Assembly (NCBI GenBank): GCA_002269645.1
Contig: NIVC01004827.1
Span: 1 to 34,078 of the forward strand
From: Macrostomum lignano
Taxonomy: Eukaryota
DNA length: 34,078 nt
Reading direction: 5' to 3'
Numbering within the stretch: position 1 is the stretch's first letter; each line of letters begins with the position of its first letter. A program made the position numbers and the translations under genes. The notes under the pieces are model-generated. The model had not been told where the DNA came from. It was given only the letters and a program-made list of their open reading frames with translations, and did no database searches. Positions 10,495-19,400 of this stretch are shown piece after piece.

Positions 10495-13400
10495 TCAGTC
10501 ACCCAGCCTCTCCACTGAGAGGTCCTTGAAGTAGGCGACTCCAAAGTTTTGAGTTCCAACGGCAGCCCAGCCGGACGGCAACTTCTCCCAGCCGGAAGTG
10601 CCATTGTAGGCCAGCTTGTGGTTGACTCTCAGCTGCACGAAGCCCTTCAGCATCTGCAGGGACACCGAGATCCAGCTGTCTCTGGCCAGCCCGTCAAGCA
10701 CGGATGAGTACACCGCCTGCTGCATGCCTGCGGGTTGTTGCATCGGGACAAAAGTACTTAACCCAAAAAGACTTTTTAATAACCTTTTGTTTTCTCTTCC
10801 ATGTCTCCATGCTCCGAAGCAACCCACCATAGTCCCTGGTCATGAGCAAATCAAGCAGCTCACCATAGTCCCTGGTCATGAGCAAATCAAGCAGCTCACC
10901 ATAGTCCCTGGTCATGAGCAGTACGGTGCAGTATCCGCCACAGCCGGGGCCCTGCAGCGGCAGCAACCAGGCAAAAACGCCGCTAGAATGCACCATCGAT
11001 GCGCCAGCCTGATTGGCCTGCAGCCCCAGGTAGACACCGGTGCTGGCGTTCGCCCAGGTGGGCAGCCACACTGAGCAGTTGATTCTCGAGTCCGTCCAGC
11101 TGTAGTCTCCAATCAGGGCGCCAGGCCTGGGGAATCGGGATAGCAGGTGTCAACTGGCGGCTGCGTCACCACCTGCGCCATGGCTCGCTTGCCGTCGGGT
11201 GCGGAGCGAACCTCCCAGACGCCGGCCTGAGGTGCAAGGTAGCGCGGCTCCTCCTCATCGCGCAGCTCTGCCACGGTCAAGGAGATGAAAGCGGGGATCG
11301 AGGTTGGAAATCAATATTCTGATCAACTTTGACGAAATCTGGTTGCCAATCTGAGGGATACCACTGAAGGTTACGCAGCCTGTGCTCGTGTAGTTCAAGC
11401 GCATGGACCGGTCTTTCATCATTTTCGCACCTAACCGTCAGTGTGGAGCATCTCAAAGCTTTGTCTAGCTATGGTCTTTGCAACCAAACTTGCAGCCAAA
11501 CTTGACTGGATTGACCTACTCTTGGCATGGAACTCATGAGAGCAACGACTAGCGGGCCCGTGTTTCTTGAGGGTCCGACATCGAGGGGCTGGCCGAAATA
11601 CAAGAAAAAACAAATGATAAGCTTGTAAATTATTGCACTCGTCTTTCTCATTTTGTTGAAGTCGTCAAGGCTTGTCCGACGATGAACCAGAGATCCAATT
11701 GATAAAGGATGCATCTGGCTTGACCAAATCCCAAACCATAACCTAAACCCTACCCTAACCCTAACCCAGATCATCGGCAGTCTAATGATGGTATTCTTAT
11801 TGGCCGTTGGCAAGAACTCCGCACCGTTGATGTCCTCTCGATAGACATCCGGGAAGAAGGTCTCGTTGGTTGGCGCCTTCTCGTTAACGATCTGAGACGG
11901 ATCGTCCGTCGGTCCCGCGTCGTCCATCGTGGTCAGGGTCAGAATGGTGTTCTTGGCCAGCGTCAGCTTTAAAGTGCCGTTAACGACCTGGAATGTTGCA
12001 ACAAGTTTACAAAGCAGATGAGTCTACTGTTAATAGGAAGAACTGCACAAACCACAGAGTTTTTTGTCATCTTACCGGAAAGTCCGGCAGCTTCTGAAAC
12101 AGTCGGGCAGTTCGGTTGCCGTAGTCGAACACGGACTGACGCACTCGGAACCTCGTGATTGACGACTGCATGTAACAGGGAAGCGGTGCGAATTCAAACA
12201 TAATTTAGAAATGATTTTATAAAGAATATATGCAATATCACTGCCAGGTGTTGTAAAAATTTAGGGTGTCATCCGTGAAAATTCGCGAGTTTACGGATAA
12301 CATGTCAGGGTGTTTCAGGATGTCAGGGTGTCAGGGTGTCAGGGTGTCAGGCGTGAAACGAAGAAACAGCTGGGACCACATTTCTGAGAGAAGATCGTCT
12401 TTGCTATTTGATTCTCGAGAGCAAATTTGCGGTCAATTGACTGAGAAACCGATTTCCGCTGATTTTATTGAGTCATTGGCCTCCTTTATTTATACCTAAG
12501 GTTATTAGATAAAATCTCTTTGACCGATTTTAATATCCTTAGATTTTCATTGACTGTTGTTTGATTGTTGGTTGATTGATTGATAATCCTATAGTAACGG
12601 ATAGAAACACAGATTCTGATTCTGCAATTTCTGGACGAAGACGTCCCTTTTGGAAGACCTGCCTGCTGTCAGAAAATTGATGACATTGCTGACTTCCAAG
12701 CTCGAGAGGGATTAAAGTAAAGACTTCGACGCAATTGAACCGTTCCTTGAACTACGCATAAAATCACTCTCGTATCCAACAGAGTTCAGAGCAACGGGAG
12801 AACTTACTACTTGTGATCTCAGGCGCCAAATAAAAGCCTAAACGAAACCGCGACATTAAGTGACCCTTAACCGTGTTTTCAGGCAGTGTAAAATGTGTGC
12901 CTTGGGTTTTTGGCCCTCGTAGGCGTCTCGGGTCTTAAGCGAGCGGCAAGCCCCAATTTTACGTGACCGCGCGCATGGAATCATAAGTAGTATATGTTTC
13001 TTTGACACAAAGCCGATTTCCTTATGGCGAAATACATAGTAAGTACAGCCCCAAAAAAATGGCAGAGTCCGAAATTTGCCGTGCACGCAAACTAGCTTTT
13101 ACGCAATGAATTAACCAATTAGCTGAATCACTTTTACGCAAACACCTGTCTATCAACCTAAACTCTTTCCGCAATGAATGCAGCTAATTACAAGCCCAAC
13201 CAAAATTCAATTTGACACAAAGCTTATTTCGCGTATAACTTAACGCATTTAAATTCTTCTTTTCAAGCAGTATTGTATATTTCAACTAGATACAAACACA
13301 ATTTGACGCACAAATTAGCGAGTTTACAAATATTGAGGCAGCACTCTTAAAACAAAATTGCGTAATTTACCATACAAGTATCGAAACGAACCAGTGCGAC

Positions 13401-16400
13401 TTATATTCCGTTTAAAAACGCTTCGAATAAAACACTCTAGGTTTCTTCTGGTAGTCAACTTATGAAAAATAAAAAAATTACCCAAAATCCGCAACTTCCA
13501 CTCTGTGGGTATTGGGTAGCAAAGCGACTATAACACCAATTTTTCGAATTTCCACACTCCTTTCCTAACCATTTTGCTATTCTTGGCAGTGGTACTAGAC
13601 CAAGAGAATCAAAATATTCACCAAGTCGTTTGCTACCGCCACCTGCTCGATGACCATAAACCCAAACGCATTCCCAATGTTTTCCGGGCAGGTTGGAGAC
13701 GTCAGTATTAACGATAAAAAAATAGTCTTTACCATCTAAAGGTAGGCGTTTAAGTCCACCAACAAAGTTTTGAGGAAAAACACCAAGAAATTCAACATTT
13801 AAAAAATGTGCGCACAATTTCGATACAACATTTCGAAAGAAGCGATCTGTTACACCACGCTCTAGGATAGAATCAATTACTTCCATACTGTGCCAGGAAC
13901 AATGTCGCGAAGTTCAGTCAGTTGCAGTTGCTTGTCAAATATACCTCCAAATACGACGTTGTACACGGTACTAGTTGCAGCATTGAAGCGTAACTCTAGT
14001 TTTACATTTCCTTCCTTATACAGTTGCACTCCCCGTCCAACACCAGGTTCACTTCCAAGACTGAATGTAAAATTGAGTAACCATTGGCGTAATCCAGCAT
14101 ATTAAATCCAATATCTCGTCCCTGTAGATAGATTCCAAGCTGTTGTAGCAAAAAATTATACTCTGTCACACAATCATCTCCAAAGTTTGTCTGCAGCGGA
14201 CGCGATGGCACCGAGTCTCCATTCACAAACACACCAACGCTGCTCACATTTGCATGCTCAAAGTTGAACGGATTAGTGTCCATGCTTCCATTGAATGCCT
14301 TATTGCTTACGATTGCCATCAATAAAAGTCGTGGTACTCCACTAGGAAACAAATTTTCATGCGTATGGCTAGACGATCCTCGGGTATAGTAAACGTACCA
14401 AGGCTTAGACTTCGGTGCGGATATAATGCATTGTGACTTTTAAGTCCATGAGCATGTGCACTGATAACACTCGGCGAGGGTTAAACAAACCGCAATTGCT
14501 TGTAAGACATGGCAGCTTGCATCAAGACGGAGTCAATTGTGCGCTCCGACTCGAGTTCGATTTTCTACGTTGGAGAGCAGTCTACAACCACGACTGGTTC
14601 GTCCTGCCAGTCTCGATCTATTGCATGGAAACCATCAATCGAGTGTACAAAATGGTACCCAATTATATTGCAATCCAAGGCTCCAATGGAGCTTTTTCAT
14701 GGAATCACAGAAAGGCCAGAGCTCGATCATCCGTCTTGCAGACACGACTCTCGCGACGCAGTAAGTGTCCAATTTCATCCAGACAGCTGTGATAAGGAAC
14801 TCTTCCACTCTCTCCGGTGAGTAGCATATACATACATGTTTAATTTATACAATTAATTATAGGAAACTATAATCATAATTTATATAATGTTTTGCAGTCA
14901 AGTCGAAAAAGGTCTATCGACCAAGTTGAACGAGATTCAAGATGTTCGAACCTTGGCACGACTAACAAAACCAGCTCATCAGCATGCGAACGACGTCCTC
15001 GAGTTTGTGCCTCAACAATCGTACCTACCAAATGACAGTGCAAGCAACGAGCTTGTATTGTCCAAAAGGCTGCCTCGTCTGGCGCATTAAATTCGCTGTG
15101 CGCTCTCTAACGCTCATAGAATCTTCCGACAACATGTTGCAGCACCTTGGCATGTTCAAGGGAGTGCTTGCACACGTAACTGCGACCAAGCCAGCAATTA
15201 GAAGCAGGAGTCCGTCCCCAACGTCTACCCGTGACCAAGAAGAAGCAGATGAACAAAGCCGGCAGAATTCAAGCCAGGTGACGCCTGCCAAGTCACCTGC
15301 AAAGCGTCGGTCTACCACCACCGTATCGAAGAAGTCGACTCCATCGAATGCAGCGCCAGCATCTATTGAACCGGTGGCTAAAAAGCAAGTTCGCAAACGC
15401 AGCGGTGCAAAACAGCAAAACAATTCTGCCGAAGCTGGTGCAGATGGCACAGACTGGGTGGAGGCTCCACCAGTAAAGATCTTGGTGAGTACACCTGCCG
15501 GACCCTCTGGAACCCGGGTGGCGTCCAAGGAGACAGCATTTTTAAAGCGTGCTGCTGCTGATGCGGACGCTACTACAGCTAGCGTGTATTCATCGGACGA
15601 TTCGTACAGCAGCTCTGATGATGAGTAACAAATTTTTTGACTAATTTTATCCAAGTTTTAACTAACTTATTCCACTATATTTATCAAATTTTTGGCTAGG
15701 AAAACAGTATTATTTTTAGGGAAAAGCTCAAAATATTTTTTGCTACTCTTTGTACGCCAACCAGGTTTTGTTACTTAATATTAGAATTAACAATAGTATA
15801 GTCTTGTTAAACTTTTCTTATTATTTACTTTCCGTTTTAGCGACTTGTCCTATTAATAGTTACTGCGAGTCTGAAGCTGCACCCGTTTGAAAAATTTGAT
15901 TTAAAGCAGGCCAAACAGAAGCTACAGACCAGAAACCGGTTTTGCAAACTATTCCTAAGCCGACCAACAATGCTAAAGACAATTTATTCAAACGCTAAAA
16001 TCCTACTTTATCCAGCAGGAAAACTAACTATACGAGTAAATGGCTGTAAATCAAATTCTCAGATAGTCTCAGTTTTACGATTTATCAACGATACTATTAA
16101 TTGTGTAGATTTTGATTTGATACAAGGCTTTATGTTCGATACGCTCGTAGTCGAGCTAGGTGCACACAATGCCGCGTGCACAATGTCAAATCTGCAGAAA
16201 AAAGTTCAGCAATCAAGCTGAGCTGCATGCTCACTCGCATGGTGATTGTTTTTCGCCGGAACGATTACTGGCCGGATCACTGCAAAACCTGATCGAAAAC
16301 TCACCAGATGGGTGGTCCATCACTTTGCGCGAGTCAGCTCATCGTGGTCGGGTAAATTTTGTCGAATTTACTCCCTCTCTTGAACAACAAGACAGCAGCA

Positions 16401-19400
16401 GCAGCTCTGGCGAGTTACTTCCTGGCGAGTTGATTGCATCTTTAAGAGGACTAATATTTAAAATATTGGAAAAAATTGGCTCACCCAGTTTATTAATAAG
16501 AGTCTGCTTTCACTTGAAAGTGACACTATTTCGACCGAAAGCAGACGACGACGACAGCGATGGCTCGAGCAGAGAAGAGATCATTTCGGTCTATTTTAAT
16601 ACCAACATTGCGAAAATATCATTTGATGAGACGATTGCAAACAGTGACATGCTGTTTTCTCCCGAGGCCTACAATGACTGGTTCGCACGCGCTACTAATC
16701 AGCTGTTAATAAAAATTGACAATTTTTAATCTCGAGGTAGTAATTGGCAATATAGAGCAATCGAGCAGCTAGACTTGATGCTCTGCGTTTATTGCAAAAG
16801 CCATGCAAGCACACTGTCAACAAATACGTCCCACGATGGTGTGGGGGCGGGCGGCAGCGGTGGTGATGGTGGCGGCGGCGGCGGCGGCGGGCGCGGGGAG
16901 TCCGGTCCAGTCCGGTCCTGTCCGATTAAACAGCGGGCGTTTAAAGTTCCAGTCTCAATCGGGCGCAAAGCTGGAGCAGTACTGCTTCTAAAGCCGCACA
17001 GAGCAAATCAGTACGACTCAATATCGCTACTCAATATTGGCGAGTATATTTCATCCTTGTGTGCAAAATGCGAAAAGGAAAGACAGCTATGTGCAATGGA
17101 TGAGAGAATTTAATTTTGGTCGACAAGCTAATGGACCAGCTCGCCATTCAAGTAGATCGTACAAAACATTTTGCCGACGCAATCCGAGAGTTAGTCTACG
17201 AGTATTTGTGTGGGATCACGAGACCAAGACGAGCACATTATTTTACTCGCAAAGAAGCAAATATGATGGCGATTGTTATTTTGCAAGCTGCCTGTTTGTG
17301 CCGCGGTATGACGATTTTGAATTTGGCCATTATTTACCAATTCGCAATTTGAACCGGTTATTGAGCAAGCGAGGAAAACAGCGACGCACTGCACGGAAGA
17401 AGATTATGGTCGAGCTTGTGCAGCTTGGAATCAGTTCGAGTGTCGAAATCTTCGAGATTACACAACAGCCTATTTGTTGCTTGATGTACTGCTGCTATGC
17501 GACGTCTTTGAAAATTTTCGTCAGACTGCGCTGCGTGAATATGGTCTCGATCCGACTCACTTTTTGGGTGCACCAATGTTTAGCATGGTAGCCTGCCTGT
17601 TGCGGGTAGACGAACCAATAAAATTGTTTACCGACGCATCTATGTATGCCGAAGTTGAGTCCTCCATTCGAGGCGGTTTCAGTTTTGGAACGCGACATGT
17701 AACGACGGCCAATAACCCGAGTGTAGCAGAATACAGAAGCGAGTTTGATCGACTTGATCCGGACTTTGAAAGCTTGCGAAAAAATGCACCATATGGAACT
17801 TATCTAGCATACTTGGACGCTGATTCGCTCTACTCAAGCTGCATGATTCAACCTTTACCAGTTGGCGATTTTTTATGGCTATCACGCGATGAAATTGGGA
17901 ACATTCCAACTGATAGTGTGAGTGCAGACTATTTGGAAAATCCAAGTGTTAAAAGTCGACTATTGGATTGGTTAGACAATTTTTGTAACGACGAACAAGG
18001 AGCAATGTTCACTGTGGATCTATATTATCCTCGCTTCTTGCCTGACTCGACAGCAGATCTTCCGCTTGCAATTGGTCACGAATTAGTTGGCGAAGACCGA
18101 CTTAGTGAACAGATGAAACTGGACTGGCTTTGCCTTCAAAGAGAACTTAATCCAGATCGTTTTGAAAACGCAACAAGCTATGGTGATGTGAAAGCTTTCA
18201 GCAGCTCGACGCGAAAATTGATTGGGTCTGTGCTTCACAAAAAAAGTATGTTGTGCATCATCGAGCTCTTCGATTGTATCTAGAATTGGGAATGCGCGTA
18301 ACGCGTGTTTACCGCGTAATTCGATTTATAGAACGAGCAATTTTGCGATCCTATATTGAAAACAATATTGAGCGGCGTAAAGTAGCAAAAACTGAATTCG
18401 AACGCGACTTTTTCAAGTTGCTAAACAATGCTCTTTTCGGAAAGTTTCTGCAACGAGTTCGCGATCGACTCAATTTCCGCATGTGTTCAGAAGCTGAAAA
18501 ATTGGAGAAATATGTTTCCCGAGAAGATTTTCTTGACGTAGTAATTTATAATGAAAGTCTGGCAGAAGTTAGCCTCGCTCCGCGTCGTGTTGCGCTAGAC
18601 AAACCGATTATAATCGGTGCTGCAATCCTAGACATTGCAAAGACTCTTGTGTACGACTTTTATTACAATCATGTTCAGATTCATCATTCACAAGCAAGTG
18701 CTGGGGTACTCGCAGGAGATACTGATAGTCTTATGCTGGCTCTAGTCATGCGTAAACCGGACGAGACTCCTTACGATGCCTTGTTCAAAGATTTGGCAGA
18801 AGAAGGTTTGCTAGACACGAGTAATTGATTCACCATCGCATGCTCTGTACTCGACAAAACACAAGGGTCGACTTTTGGCGTGTTTAAAGACGAGTTTAAA
18901 GGGTGTGTACCACTGGAACTGGTATTTTTGCGACCAAAAATTACTCCTTCGTGTATGCCAATGGAACTATAGATCAAGTCTCGCGCTGCAAAGGTGTCTG
19001 CAAGACTGTAGCACAAAGTCTAAAGCATCAAGACTATTTGAGAGTTTTGCACAAGCGACAACTTGTGTTTTCGCGCATGCAGTCGATTCGCTCTCGAAAA
19101 CAGAAAGTTTTTTTAATGCAACAAAGAAAACTTGCACTAAGCTTTTTCGATACCAAGCGATCTTGGACAAGTTGCATCGATTCGCTGCCATTTGGTCACT
19201 AGCGCTTGACCAATTAACAATATGCTCTGATATCTTTTGTTGTACAAAGTATAAATAGCATGAAATAGAAGACTGTAAGCCATCATTAATTTTCATTGAT
19301 CGTAATTTTACAATAAAAAAATGGTGCGTGTATTCATTTAATTTTTTATTTTAGCACTTTTTGTGTTTAATTATTTGAAAGAGTATAATTTTTATAGTTA

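Noticed and set aside
12190-12979. Possible second transposon left of the Maverick (gtcagggt 9-bp repeats)
   Set aside because: No matching terminal inverted repeat, TSD or coding motif found.
14490-14830. Continuation of the major capsid gene on the - strand
   Set aside because: All three - frames contain stops and lack MCP motifs, whereas a + strand frame is open and splices in frame. Treated as a deletion junction instead.
15025-15654. 209-aa ORF on the - strand
   Set aside because: Antisense shadow of the low-complexity ORF-X region, with no start context or motifs.
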